From: an uncultured Armatimonadia bacterium
Lineage (GTDB): Bacteria; Armatimonadota; Zipacnadia; Zipacnadales; UBA11051
NCBI GenBank assembly: GCA_964622325.1
Contig: CAZUOJ010000005.1
Location: forward strand, 583-64,582
Reading direction: 5' to 3'
DNA length: 64,000 bases
Part shown: one piece after another, positions 35,111-44,988 of the stretch
How positions within the stretch are numbered: the stretch's first letter is position 1
Layout of the letters: each line of letters begins with the position of its first letter
Program-made: the position numbers and the translations under genes
Notes under the pieces: generated by a model
What the model was told of the DNA's origin: nothing
The model's input: only the letters and a program-made list of their open reading frames with translations
Databases searched by the model: none

Positions 35111-36997
35111 TCAATCCAGCATGTCCGCCTGCAGGCGAAAATTTTCCCCCTTGCCCAGCTGCTGATAGAGCTTTTGCGTCCATTCATAAGCTTCAGGGAT
35201 ACGCCCGATAAATGTTATCCGCCGCGGATATAGCAGGGCCAGATTTTCCGGCAAGTCGCCGACCCGCAAGACATTCAGCAGTTCCGGCGTATGGGGATCA
35301 CGATGTGTCTGCGGCGGATCCACGAGAAAGATTTCTTCCACAAGCTCATCCAGCAAGGCGGCATAGAGGGCGAGCACAGCCGTTCTGCCCTCTCCGTAGA
35401 GCGCCAGGGGCGTGCCGGGGAATTCCTGGCGCAGCAGCGCCAGCGCCTGCAGCAAATCAAAAATTTGTCTTTCCGGCAATGTTTGGCCCACAATCATATA
35501 GCCGCGCCGCAAGCTCCACAGATAGCCTGGCCCTGTGGATGTGACGCCTGTATTGCGGACTTCGACACAGGCAGTCGCGACGGCTTCCGGCACAGCCGGG
35601 CGCGTGCCGGCGCCGCCTGCAAAGCCTGTCCGTGCTTCTTCCGGGAGCGCATAAGCCACAATACGGCGGGGCGCCTCCCCATTGGCGGGCAGCGCCATCC
35701 GCATCCGCAAACGCAGCCCATCTTCCGTGTCAAAAACATATGTCCCGAAGCGCTTGCCTTCCGTGCCGTCCGCGCGCCATTCCACAAGCCGCGGCGAGGG
35801 CAGATAAGGAATACAACGGAAAGTGGAGGCGCACAGTTGCGCCAGGCGCTCTTTTTGGATTTCGCCCCATTGGGCTTCATCTGTAACTTCCGGGCGCGGC
35901 GCTAATTGCGGGAGAATTTCGTCCACACGCCGCATCTCATCCTTTTCGGGCAGCTGGCCGCCAAACACGAGCAGATTCTCCTCGGGCTCCACCTCCTCCG
36001 TAACATCATCTGCCACAGGACGCTCGTCGCCTTTCAAATGGCGATTAAACCAGCAAAAAATAGCGCGGCGCAAAAGGGGGCTATAGCCATGAGGGACGAG
36101 ATCCTCCACTAGAGCGACATTCTCCGGCACGCCCAGGGCTGCATATTGCTGCCGAATGCGATGCAAAGCGTCCCGGAAGGCGTAGGGCCGCCACAGGACA
36201 TCCTCCGTGCCGGCGGCGACAAGCAGGGCGCGAGGCGCAATCAATGCGCCGATATCAGGCGTGCACCACTGATAGATATTCAGCCAGAAGGCACAATCGC
36301 AATGGCCGTCTGTGGCCCGATCTGTGATGAGATGCTCAATAGTGCCTGTCTGGCATACGGGCACAACGACTTTAACGCGCTCATCCGCGGCACCCAAAAA
36401 CCAGGAAATGGCCCCGCCGCCGCTCAAGCCCGTCACGCCCAATCGCTCGCCATCCACATCCTCACGCGACTGCAAATAATCCAGGGCGCGCATGGCATTC
36501 CATACTTCCGTCCCGGCAGGCGTATAGCCGCGGCTGGGCCAATCCCAACGCCCCTGATGATATGTTCCGTGATGTACGCCCTGCGATTCGCCCAGCTGGA
36601 TGGGATCCAGCACGAGCGCCACATAGCCGTGCTGGCCAAACCAGCGAGGCTGCGCCTGATAGGGCGGATGCACTTTCCCCTTTGTATGCCCACATAAATA
36701 CAGCACAGCCGGCAGCGGCTCTGTGATTTTTGCCGGCCGATACAGATTGCCAATCACATAAGCTCCGGGCAGACTCTGAAAATGCAATTTTTCCACAACA
36801 TAATCGCCCCGCTCCAGAATGCCTGTCACAACTGCCTTCAAAGGCGTTCGTTCGGGCAAGGGCCATAAGCCCAGCATTTCCAGCCATTGACGCCGCCTTT
36901 GCGCTAATGTGGCCTGCCATACTTCAGGAGAAAGCGGCTGAGCTAAAGAACGGCTGGAAATCGCCCGCGCCTGCCGGCACAGCGCCTCGTAGAGCAT
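35111..36997 (-). CDS. Acetylxylan-esterase-like alpha/beta hydrolase with two tandem domains
   Basis: AGGAGG RBS. VEKLHFQSLPG, LYLCGH, RALDYL.SR.DVD..RLGVTGLSGGG (nucleophile elbow). The second domain has YGEGRTA. Confidence 0.8.
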   Translation of the reverse strand: MLYEALCRQARAISSRSLAQPLSPEVWQATLAQRRRQWLEMLGLWPLPERTPLKAVVTGILERGDYVVEKLHFQSLPGAYVIGNLYRPAKITEPLPAVLYLCGHTKGKVHPPYQAQPRWFGQHGYVALVLDPIQLGESQGVHHGTYHQGRWDWPSRGYTPAGTEVWNAMRALDYLQSREDVDGERLGVTGLSGGGAISWFLGAADERVKVVVPVCQTGTIEHLITDRATDGHCDCAFWLNIYQWCTPDIGALIAPRALLVAAGTEDVLWRPYAFRDALHRIRQQYAALGVPENVALVEDLVPHGYSPLLRRAIFCWFNRHLKGDERPVADDVTEEVEPEENLLVFGGQLPEKDEMRRVDEILPQLAPRPEVTDEAQWGEIQKERLAQLCASTFRCIPYLPSPRLVEWRADGTEGKRFGTYVFDTEDGLRLRMRMALPANGEAPRRIVAYALPEEARTGFAGGAGTRPAVPEAVATACVEVRNTGVTSTGPGYLWSLRRGYMIVGQTLPERQIFDLLQALALLRQEFPGTPLALYGEGRTAVLALYAALLDELVEEIFLVDPPQTHRDPHTPELLNVLRVGDLPENLALLYPRRITFIGRIPEAYEWTQKLYQQLGKGENFRLQADMLD

Positions 36998-37149
36998 GCA
37001 AATCCCTCCTGTGGCCTATCCGGAAAAGCTCGCCGCTGGGAGCAGCGCAAGCTAATGGCCATTTTAACAGTGTGATTTCCTTCTGCCCCAAAAAATATCT
37101 TAATAGTGCAATTACGACGTCCAGGCGCCTGGAAAACGATGTTGGCGTC

Positions 37150-37773
37150 TCATAAGGCGCTGGGGCCGTATTGCGTGAATTTTGTCCATCCAGCCAGCAC
37201 AAAATGTGTCCCAATGCCTGTAACGAGAATGCCGACAAGCTTTGTCAAAATAAGCAATCCCCGGGCGCCCAGAATGCGAAAGAAGATGTCGCTATAACGA
37301 AACACAATCCAACAGACGCTCAGGGCGAGCAGCACAGCTCCGAATGTGATTATATAATTGAAGGGGAGCGGATGGCGCTCAATGAGCAGCATCACAGACA
37401 CAATCGCTCCTGGCCCGGCTAAAAGAGGCGTGGCCAGGGGCACGATGCCCGCGCTTTCCACATCATCGCGCCGATGGGGGAAAATCCCAAAAACGAGATC
37501 AATGCCGATGAACATCAAAAGCAAGCCGCCGCCGATGAGCATTTCCGGCAGCCCTACTCCAAACAGGCTTAACAAGCCTCGCCCGATAGTGGCCGCCATT
37601 CCCAGGATAAGCAAAGTCACAGAGATGATGAGATTTGCCGTCCGCCGGCGAGTCGCCTCCTCCGCCTCGCGCAACAGCGCCATAAACACGGGCAAGCCGC
37701 CTAAGGGATCCAGAATAATCAGCAAAGCCGTGGCTTCACGCAAAATAGTCCCGATAATCTCTAATGAAGACAT
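37150..37773 (-). CDS. marC: MarC-family integral membrane protein
   Basis: Start at ATG 37773. IILDPLGGLPVF, IVPLATPLLAGPGAI and LTKLVGILV..IG. Confidence 0.85.
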   Translation of the reverse strand: MSSLEIIGTILREATALLIILDPLGGLPVFMALLREAEEATRRRTANLIISVTLLILGMAATIGRGLLSLFGVGLPEMLIGGGLLLMFIGIDLVFGIFPHRRDDVESAGIVPLATPLLAGPGAIVSVMLLIERHPLPFNYIITFGAVLLALSVCWIVFRYSDIFFRILGARGLLILTKLVGILVTGIGTHFVLAGWTKFTQYGPSAL

Positions 37774-37880
37774 CTTGACAGCCTTGTGCTGGAAAATTGC
37801 AGATATTTTCGCCTTTTTTAAAGTTATTCCTGTCTGTGTCAGGGGCAAAAACGCGCTGTGGAGGCGGCGGAGGAGATTCC

Positions 37881-37910
37881 TTGACGCTCGGCTTGCCTGT
37901 TCAGTATAAT
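37881..37910 (+). promoter_or_regulatory. Sigma70 promoter of the mlaEFD operon
   Basis: TTGACG (37881-37886), 18-bp spacer, TATAAT (37905-37910), 80 bp upstream of mlaE. Confidence 0.7.
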
Positions 37911-37990
37911 CAAAGCATAATAAAGGAAGAGGCCTCGGGCAGAGGAACAGGGCACAGATCACGCAGGCACGCCTTTGTAAGGGGCGTTTT

Positions 37991-38767
37991 ATGCAGCTTC
38001 TTCATTTGCTGGGACGCCGCATTGTTGAATTTTTCAGTTTTTTTGGCGGGAATTTTCTTTTGTTTTGGCATTCTTTGGGCGGCCTGATCAGCCGTTCCTG
38101 TGAAAGGCGTCAAATCATCCAGCAAATGGCGCACATTGGCATTGATTCGTTGCCCATTGTGGGCATTACGATGTTATTTTCGGGGATGGTGCTGGCATAT
38201 CACACGGCCATACAGGCGGGCAAGATTGGCGTCGAAAATCTCGTGGGCTGGCTTGTGGCGGAAAGCATGACGCGGGAATTGGGGCCAGTGCTGACAGCCA
38301 TTGTAGTGGCCGCGCGTGCGGGCTCGGGAATGACGGCCGAATTGGGCACAATGAAAGTCACAGAGCAAATTGATGCCCTGCGGGCTTTAGCCACAGATCC
38401 CGTGCATTATCTGGTGTTTCCGCGCCTTGTCGCGACATTTGTGATGTTGCCTATTTTGGCGTTAATGGGCGACTGCATTGGCGTTGCCGGGGGCTATGTC
38501 ATTGCCGCCAGCACGAGCGGCGTGGCGGCAGCCTCATATTTTGGCAATATTCCCGGCAATCTGGAGATCTGGACAATTATTGCCGGCCTGCTCAAAACGC
38601 TATTCTTTGCCATCATAATTGCCATTGTGGGCTGCCATCAGGGGCTGAGTTGCAAGATGGCCTCTGAGGAAGTGGGGCGGGCCGTCACACGCGCCGTCGT
38701 GTATTGCATTATGCTGATTTATGCGGCGAATTTATTGCTTACAGGGATTGTATTTCCGACGAGATAA
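37991..38767 (+). CDS. mlaE: MlaE-family ABC transporter permease
   Basis: GIDSLPIV, RELGPVLTAIVVAARAGSGMTAELGTMKVTEQIDAL and VGRAVTRAVV. Confidence 0.92.
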   Translation: MQLLHLLGRRIVEFFSFFGGNFLLFWHSLGGLISRSCERRQIIQQMAHIGIDSLPIVGITMLFSGMVLAYHTAIQAGKIGVENLVGWLVAESMTRELGPVLTAIVVAARAGSGMTAELGTMKVTEQIDALRALATDPVHYLVFPRLVATFVMLPILALMGDCIGVAGGYVIAASTSGVAAASYFGNIPGNLEIWTIIAGLLKTLFFAIIIAIVGCHQGLSCKMASEEVGRAVTRAVVYCIMLIYAANLLLTGIVFPTR

Positions 38768-38772
38768 GCCCC

Positions 38773-39531
38773 ATGGAACACGCGCCGCCGTTTGTTATCG
38801 TCGAAGGGCTGACATGTGCCCTGGGGGGCAAGATTGTGCTGCAGGAGGTCAGCTTTACGGTACGGCGGGGCGAAATTTTCGGCGTGATGGGCCTTTCGGG
38901 AGCCGGCAAAAGCACGCTTTTGCGGGCGTTGATGGGGCTCATCAAGCCCCAGGCGGGGCACATATACATTGACGGCGCCGACATCACAACAATGACGGAA
39001 GCAGAGCTCAATCGCATCCGGCTGCGTATGGGCATGAGCTTTCAAAATGCCGCTTTATTTGACTCAATGAATGTATTTGACAATGTGGCTTTTGGGCTGC
39101 GGCGACGGGGCGTGCCGGAAGAAGAAGTCCGGCAAAAAGTGCGCTATTATCTGCAAGTAGTGGATATGGAAGGCGCAGAGCATCTTATGCCGGCGGAACT
39201 ATCAGGCGGGATGAAGAAGCGGGTGGCGATTGCCCGTGCGTTAAGCACAGAGCCTGAGCTTGTCCTGTACGATGAGCCCACGTCCGGCCTGGATCCTATT
39301 TTAGCCACAGCTATCGATCAGCTTATTGTGAAATTGCGCAATGAATTTGGCGTCAGCTCTATTGTTGTGACACATGATGTGCCGCATCTTTTCAGCTATG
39401 CGGATCGCGTGATGATGTTGCACGAGGCGCGGGCCATTGCCATCGGCACGCCGCAAGATTTGCGCTATTCCGATAATCCTTTTGTGCGGCAATTTGTGAC
39501 AGGCTCTCCAGAGGGGCCGATTAAAGTGTAA
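38773..39531 (+). CDS. mlaF: MlaF-family ABC ATP-binding protein
   Basis: Start at ATG 38773. GLSGAGKST (Walker A), FQNAALFDSMNVFDNVAF, ELSGGMKKRVAIARA and YDEPTSGLDP. Confidence 0.92.
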   Translation: MEHAPPFVIVEGLTCALGGKIVLQEVSFTVRRGEIFGVMGLSGAGKSTLLRALMGLIKPQAGHIYIDGADITTMTEAELNRIRLRMGMSFQNAALFDSMNVFDNVAFGLRRRGVPEEEVRQKVRYYLQVVDMEGAEHLMPAELSGGMKKRVAIARALSTEPELVLYDEPTSGLDPILATAIDQLIVKLRNEFGVSSIVVTHDVPHLFSYADRVMMLHEARAIAIGTPQDLRYSDNPFVRQFVTGSPEGPIKV

Positions 39532-39807
39532 GCCCGCCATAGCCTTCCATTGGAGCGAGAAAATAATTTCTTGCCCAGCAAGGAGATAAGAAAAATAGCG
39601 CGAAAAAGCCCTGCCAAGCCGAAGAGCCAGGCGCTTCGGGGCCATTGCGCCCGGGGCAAAATAAGCGCACACAGGGGAAATAGGGCCATATCAGACAGAA
39701 AGCACGGCCAGTTTGCCCTGCATTGTCAGGAGGTCAAAGGCACGTGCCGCCCAGGCGCCCTGTGCCCAGGCGAAAGCCTAGCAGACGGCCTAATGGAGTG
39801 AGCAGCC

Positions 39808-41373
39808 GTGTCGGCAGAAGCAAAAGTGGGCGTCTTTTTCTTGCTCGCGATACTCGTAATCGGGATCGTGGCGCTATTTATGGGCGATTTCTGGACGCGG
39901 GCGCGCAGCTACATTGTCACGGCCTATTTTGAGAATGCGCAGGGGCTGGCGCCTGGGGCGGAAGTGCGCCTGGCAGGCGTAAAAATCGGGCGCGTCCTTA
40001 CGGTGTCGCTGGCGCCTCATCCTAAATTCCCGCGCCATCCGGCTGCCGTGCGGATGGCGATACAACGCGATGTGCCTGTGTATCAAAGCGATCAATTCAT
40101 TATTAAACAGGGGGCGTTATTGGGGGACAAATATGTGGAGGTGGTGCGGACAGAGGCGACGCCCAAACAGCCGCTGACGTCAGACGGCGCTGTCGCTGGA
40201 GCCTCGTCTGAGAGTCTGGAGGATATCACGCGCGAAGCGCGGGCAGTGTTGCAAGAAGCACGTCTCGCCCTGGGGCAGATGCGAGCGCTGTTTGCCACTC
40301 AATACAATGCCCAAGCCATCCGGGCCATTCTTACGAATGTGATGAGCGCTACAGGCAAAGCGGATAAACTAGCCAGCCAGGCGCTGCAAATCGCCCGCCT
40401 GCTGGCGATGGAGGCGAAGCGAGCGGGGCCAAAGCTCACACAAATGGCAGATAATCTCGCGAAGGCTTCGGCCTCTGTAAAGCTCACGGCGGATTTAGTG
40501 CAGCGTGTTGTGATGTCTTCGCCCATTCCGCGTGACGCCGCCCGCGCCACGGAAAATCTTAAAAAGATGACAGAGGATTTAGCCGCAATCTCCGAAAGCT
40601 TTGCTGAGGCCCTGGCCACGCCGGAGACACGGCAGAAATTGCAAAGCGCGCTGGATAATTTGCACGAGACAACGGCACATTTGGCTCAAGCCAGTGCAGA
40701 GGCGGAAAAGCTTCTGGATGAAAATTTGCAAGCGGATTTGAAGGAGGCCTTGCGGCAGCTTAGGGAGGCGGCGACGCATATTGCGAAAATCACTGCCACA
40801 TACGATGAAGTGCTGACAGATCCCAAATTCACACAGGATTTGCAAGCGACATTAGCGGCGGCCCGCGAAACGACAGAGACAAGCGCCCGGGCGATGGCAA
40901 AAGCAGAAAAATCGCTGGAAGATGTGGACAGGACTTTGCGGGGCTTGAGCCGGATGGCGCGCACGGCAGCGCCTGAGCAAGTGCGTGTCCGCGGCACTCT
41001 GGAATCCAAAAGCGGCGGCGCCCGTACGGATGCGGAAATAGATCTTGTATATGGCGAGAATCCCAATAATTTCTGGCGTATAGGCATCCGAGACATCGGA
41101 GATACAAATGGGCTGACGCTGCAGCGCTCTTTGCCCAGCGGAAAAAATCGCTGGCGCCTGGGGCTGTTTGGCGGCCAGCCGGGCGTGGGCTTTGACATTA
41201 ATCCGCAGGGTGAGCTATTTTGGGAGGCGGAGCTTTGGAAGCCCAGCGATCCGCATCTGGATTTGCGCGGCGGCTATAAAGTGGCCCCGCGCGTGGATAT
41301 GCTGTTTGGCATTGGCGATATTGGCGGCGAAAACGAGCCCTTTGTGGGGCTGCGTTATCGCAGCTGGAAATAA
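39808..41373 (+). CDS. mlaD: Long MlaD/MCE protein with a helical stalk and a probable C-terminal beta-barrel
   Basis: N-terminal TM, MCE motif FENAQGLAPGAEVRLAGVKIGRV and GDKYVEV, about 250 aa of heptad-rich helix, and an amphipathic beta-rich tail. Confidence 0.85.
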   Translation: MSAEAKVGVFFLLAILVIGIVALFMGDFWTRARSYIVTAYFENAQGLAPGAEVRLAGVKIGRVLTVSLAPHPKFPRHPAAVRMAIQRDVPVYQSDQFIIKQGALLGDKYVEVVRTEATPKQPLTSDGAVAGASSESLEDITREARAVLQEARLALGQMRALFATQYNAQAIRAILTNVMSATGKADKLASQALQIARLLAMEAKRAGPKLTQMADNLAKASASVKLTADLVQRVVMSSPIPRDAARATENLKKMTEDLAAISESFAEALATPETRQKLQSALDNLHETTAHLAQASAEAEKLLDENLQADLKEALRQLREAATHIAKITATYDEVLTDPKFTQDLQATLAAARETTETSARAMAKAEKSLEDVDRTLRGLSRMARTAAPEQVRVRGTLESKSGGARTDAEIDLVYGENPNNFWRIGIRDIGDTNGLTLQRSLPSGKNRWRLGLFGGQPGVGFDINPQGELFWEAELWKPSDPHLDLRGGYKVAPRVDMLFGIGDIGGENEPFVGLRYRSWK

Positions 41374-41505
41374 ATCGCAGGGAAGACAGGCAGGAACGAA
41401 AAAGGGGAGCGCATTTTTCTAGGCCTTTATAGGGCCTGGGGCGCATACAGTCAAAGCGAGCGTTGTGCACGCGAGATTATATGGAGGCTAAATGGAGGAA
41501 TTGGG

Positions 41506-42048
41506 ATGGAAGTGATTTTGCTGCAGGATGTTGAGCATGTGGGCCATGAAGGAGATATTGTCAAAGTGGCCGATGGCTATGCGCGGAATTATTTAATTCC
41601 ACGCAAGCTGGCGGTGCCCGCCACGAAGGGGGCGTTGAAGGATCTGGAAAATCGGCGCGGCGCGATTGCGCGGCGCGAAGCAGAGAAGCGCGCGGCGGCG
41701 CAAGCCTTAGCGGAGCAGCTGCGCGACAAAGTCGTGATTGTCAAGCATGTAACAGGCAGCGGCTCCAAGCTGCATGGCACAGTCACAACAGGCCAGATTG
41801 CCGAAGCGGCTAATGCGCAATTGGGCTTGCGCTTAGACAAACGGGATCTGGAATTGCCCGAGCCCATTCGCGAAACAGGGGATTATCTTGTTTCCGCAAA
41901 GCTCTATAAGGATGTGCATGCGGAATTAGCCGTGCGCGTCGTGCCGCTTATCCCGGATAAAAAAGGCGCGGCTGAAGCGGAAGCAGCCCCAGCAGCGACG
42001 GAAGCCGCCGATAAGCCTGCCGAGGACACGGCGGCGGAAACGGCTTAA
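41506..42048 (+). CDS. rplI: 50S ribosomal protein L9
   Basis: MEVILLQDVEHVG..GDIVKVADGYARNYLIPRKLA and G.KL.G.VT. Confidence 0.97.
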   Translation: MEVILLQDVEHVGHEGDIVKVADGYARNYLIPRKLAVPATKGALKDLENRRGAIARREAEKRAAAQALAEQLRDKVVIVKHVTGSGSKLHGTVTTGQIAEAANAQLGLRLDKRDLELPEPIRETGDYLVSAKLYKDVHAELAVRVVPLIPDKKGAAEAEAAPAATEAADKPAEDTAAETA

Positions 42049-42180
42049 TTTCGGCCCAGGAAAAGCGGAGCCAGAAAAAGCATTGAGGAGAACATAGGCG
42101 CTATAATAAGGCCCGATAGCTGGCAGGAAAGTCCAGCCGCTTAAAATGGCCCGGACGCACAAGGATGAAAGCGTTTAGAA

Positions 42181-43617
42181 ATGGAGCTGGCTATGTCCAG
42201 GACTTTTGAGCAGCAGCCGAAAAGCGGCATAGGCGAATTAGTGCCGCCGCGGGATTTTGAGGCGGAGCAGGCCGTATTAGGGGCGATGCTTTTGGAGCCG
42301 GGAGCGGCCGCACGCGCGCTCGCCATCATTGGCCCGGAAGATTTTTATTGGGAGGAGCATCAAAGCATTTGCCGGGCGATGATTGCCTGCAGCACGCGCA
42401 ATGAGCCTGTGGATTTAGTTACAGTGAGTGCGGAATTGCGCCGGGCAGGGAAATTAGAGCTCGTAGGGGGCGGCAATTATCTGACAATGCTCATTGGCGC
42501 TGTGCCTACAGCGGCTAATGTCGTTCGCTATGCCAATATCGTGGCCGAAAAAGCCGTTTTGCGACGCCTTATCGAGGCGGGCGCGCGCATTCAAGAAATG
42601 GCGCTGTCCAATCCGGAAGATGTGGGCGCCACTTTGGATCGCTGTGAGCAGCTCATCTTTGACATCGCGGAACGGCGCATGAGCGGCGATTTTGCCGATT
42701 TTTCCGCTTTGATTGAGGAAACAATCCAGAAGCTCGATAGAGTGATGCAAAACAAGGGGGAGATTACGGGCGTTGCCACTTCCCTCTATGGCCTCAATCG
42801 GCTGACATCCGGCTTGCAGCCAGGGGATTTGATTATCGTGGCCGGGCGTCCGTCAATGGGCAAAACCTCTTTCGCAATCAATAGCATTGGCCTGCACACG
42901 GCGCTCCATCAAGGCACGACAGTGGCAATCTTCAGCCTGGAAATGACACGCATGCAGCTCGTGGAAATGATGATATGCTCATACGCCCGTGTAAATGCCT
43001 GGCGGCTGCGCACGGGCCGGGCTTCGCCGGAAGATTGGGCCCGCATCAGCCAGGCATTCACAATCCTGCCCCAAGCGCCTATATACATTGATGACACGCC
43101 GGGCATATCCATCATGGAATTGCGCGCCAAATGCCGCCGCCTGCAAACGAAAGTGCCCCTGGGCCTGATTATCGTGGATTATCTGCAGCTGTGCACAGCT
43201 CCGGGCTTTGAACGCGATTTGAGCCGTCATCAGGAGATTGGCTTCATTGCCCGCAACTTAAAAGGCCTGGCGCGGGAATTGCAAGTGCCTGTAGTGGCGC
43301 TGTCCCAGCTCTCGCGCCGTGTGGAGCAGCGCGAGGATAAACGCCCTATTTTGTCGGATTTAGCCGAAAGCGGCTCCATTGAGGCGGAGGCGGATCTCGT
43401 ATGCTTCCTGTTTCGTCCCGCGTATTATGAACGAAAAAAACGGCTGGAAGAGGCGCAGAAAAAGGGAGAGCCGATGCCCACGCAGCCTCCCGAGGAACAG
43501 CAGCCTGATCAGGCCGAAATTATTGTCGCCAAGCATCGTAATGGGCCTGTGGGCACTGTCGAAGCGATGTTTGATCCCGCCCATCGCACTTTTTATGATA
43601 CATATCAGGAGTTTTAA
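42181..43617 (+). CDS. dnaB: Replicative DNA helicase
   Basis: EAEQAVLGAML, GRPSMGKT, FSLEM, IIVDYLQL, LSQLSR and LAESGSIE.EAD. Confidence 0.97.
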   Translation: MELAMSRTFEQQPKSGIGELVPPRDFEAEQAVLGAMLLEPGAAARALAIIGPEDFYWEEHQSICRAMIACSTRNEPVDLVTVSAELRRAGKLELVGGGNYLTMLIGAVPTAANVVRYANIVAEKAVLRRLIEAGARIQEMALSNPEDVGATLDRCEQLIFDIAERRMSGDFADFSALIEETIQKLDRVMQNKGEITGVATSLYGLNRLTSGLQPGDLIIVAGRPSMGKTSFAINSIGLHTALHQGTTVAIFSLEMTRMQLVEMMICSYARVNAWRLRTGRASPEDWARISQAFTILPQAPIYIDDTPGISIMELRAKCRRLQTKVPLGLIIVDYLQLCTAPGFERDLSRHQEIGFIARNLKGLARELQVPVVALSQLSRRVEQREDKRPILSDLAESGSIEAEADLVCFLFRPAYYERKKRLEEAQKKGEPMPTQPPEEQQPDQAEIIVAKHRNGPVGTVEAMFDPAHRTFYDTYQEF

Positions 43618-43620
43618 GCG

Positions 43621-44892
43621 ATGAAAGTGCTTGTAGTTGGTGCCGGCGGGCGCGAACATGCCCTGTGCTGGAAAATCGCGCAGAGCCCTCTATGCGAAAA
43701 ATTGTATTGTGCGCCAGGCAATGCCGGCACAGCCCAGATTGCTGAAAATGTGCCCATTAGCGCCGAAGACATCCCGGCGCTGGCCGATTTCGCCGCCACA
43801 CAAAAGATTGATTTAACAGTCGTGGGGCCAGAACGTCCGCTCATTCGAGGCATTGTGGATGAATTTCGGCGGCAGGGATTGCCTATTTATGGGCCGACAG
43901 CCGCCGCTGCCCGCCTGGAAGGCTCCAAGGCCTTCACAGATGAGCTGCTGCATCGCTACGGCATTTCGCGCAAGCGCTTCGCCGTGTTTACGGATTTTGC
44001 CCAGGCGCGGGAATATGTGCGCCAACAGGGCGCGCCTATTGTCGTCAAGGCCGACGGCGACGCTTTTGGAAAAGGCGTCAAAGTGGCGGCCACGCTGCAG
44101 GAAGCGGAGGAATTTCTCCAGCGCTGCCTTGTGGAGAAGGAATTCGGGCCCGCCGGCGAGCGCGTTGTGATTGAAGAATGTCTAGAGGGCCCCGAATGCT
44201 CTATTAAAGTGTTTACAGACGGCGAAAATTTGCAGCCGATGGCGCCGTCGCAAGATCACAAACGCATCGGAGAAGGAGATACAGGCGAAAATACAGGCGG
44301 CATGGGCTGCTATTCGCCTGTGCCAGCTGTAGATGAGGCCCTGTTCCAGCGTATGATCGAGCAAATTATTCAGCCCACGCTGCGGGCAATGGCTGCCGAA
44401 GGGCATCCCTACACTGGCACGCTTTATGGCGGGATGATTCTAACAGCCCAGGGGCCCGAAATTCTGGAATACAATTGTCGTTTTGGCGATCCGGAGACGC
44501 AAGTCGTGTTGCCGCGCCTGCAAAGCGATTTGCTGGAGATATTGCTTGCGGCTGTAGAGGGGCGAATGGCGGATATAAAGCCGCAATGGACGCCGCAGGC
44601 CTGTATCTGTGTTGTGATTGCTTCGGCGGGCTATCCGGGGGCTTATGAGAAGGGGAAGATTATCTCGGGGCTAGAAGCGGCGCAAGCGGATCCGCTTGTG
44701 CAGATTTTTCATGCTGGCACAGCGGAGCAAGAGGGGAAAATAGTTACGGCTGGCGGGCGCGTTTTGGGCGTCACGGCGCTTGGGGATACATTGCGCGAGG
44801 CGCGTGATAGAGCCTATGCGGCCATTGAGCATATTCATTTTGAGGGGATGTATTATCGACGCGATATTGGCTGGCGTGCCCTGTCTGGCTAA
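43621..44892 (+). CDS. purD: Phosphoribosylamine--glycine ligase
   Basis: VGAGGREHAL, APGNAG, LEGSKAF, DHKRIGEGDTGENTGGMG and EYNCRFGDPETQ. Confidence 0.97.
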   Translation: MKVLVVGAGGREHALCWKIAQSPLCEKLYCAPGNAGTAQIAENVPISAEDIPALADFAATQKIDLTVVGPERPLIRGIVDEFRRQGLPIYGPTAAAARLEGSKAFTDELLHRYGISRKRFAVFTDFAQAREYVRQQGAPIVVKADGDAFGKGVKVAATLQEAEEFLQRCLVEKEFGPAGERVVIEECLEGPECSIKVFTDGENLQPMAPSQDHKRIGEGDTGENTGGMGCYSPVPAVDEALFQRMIEQIIQPTLRAMAAEGHPYTGTLYGGMILTAQGPEILEYNCRFGDPETQVVLPRLQSDLLEILLAAVEGRMADIKPQWTPQACICVVIASAGYPGAYEKGKIISGLEAAQADPLVQIFHAGTAEQEGKIVTAGGRVLGVTALGDTLREARDRAYAAIEHIHFEGMYYRRDIGWRALSG

Positions 44893-44988
44893 ACACATCG
44901 CGGAATAGCACAAGCAGGAATTTTTGAGCATGAATTGTATGGCCTGATAGACAGGATTTGATAACGAATAAGGAGAGTAAAGACACGA

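Noticed and set aside
39550-39801. 83-aa ORF between mlaF and mlaD
   Set aside because: TTG start, no RBS and no motif. Treated as a non-coding spacer.
42181-43617. Intein in dnaB
   Set aside because: The length is normal (478 aa) and there are no intein motifs, only a short charged insertion near the C-terminus.
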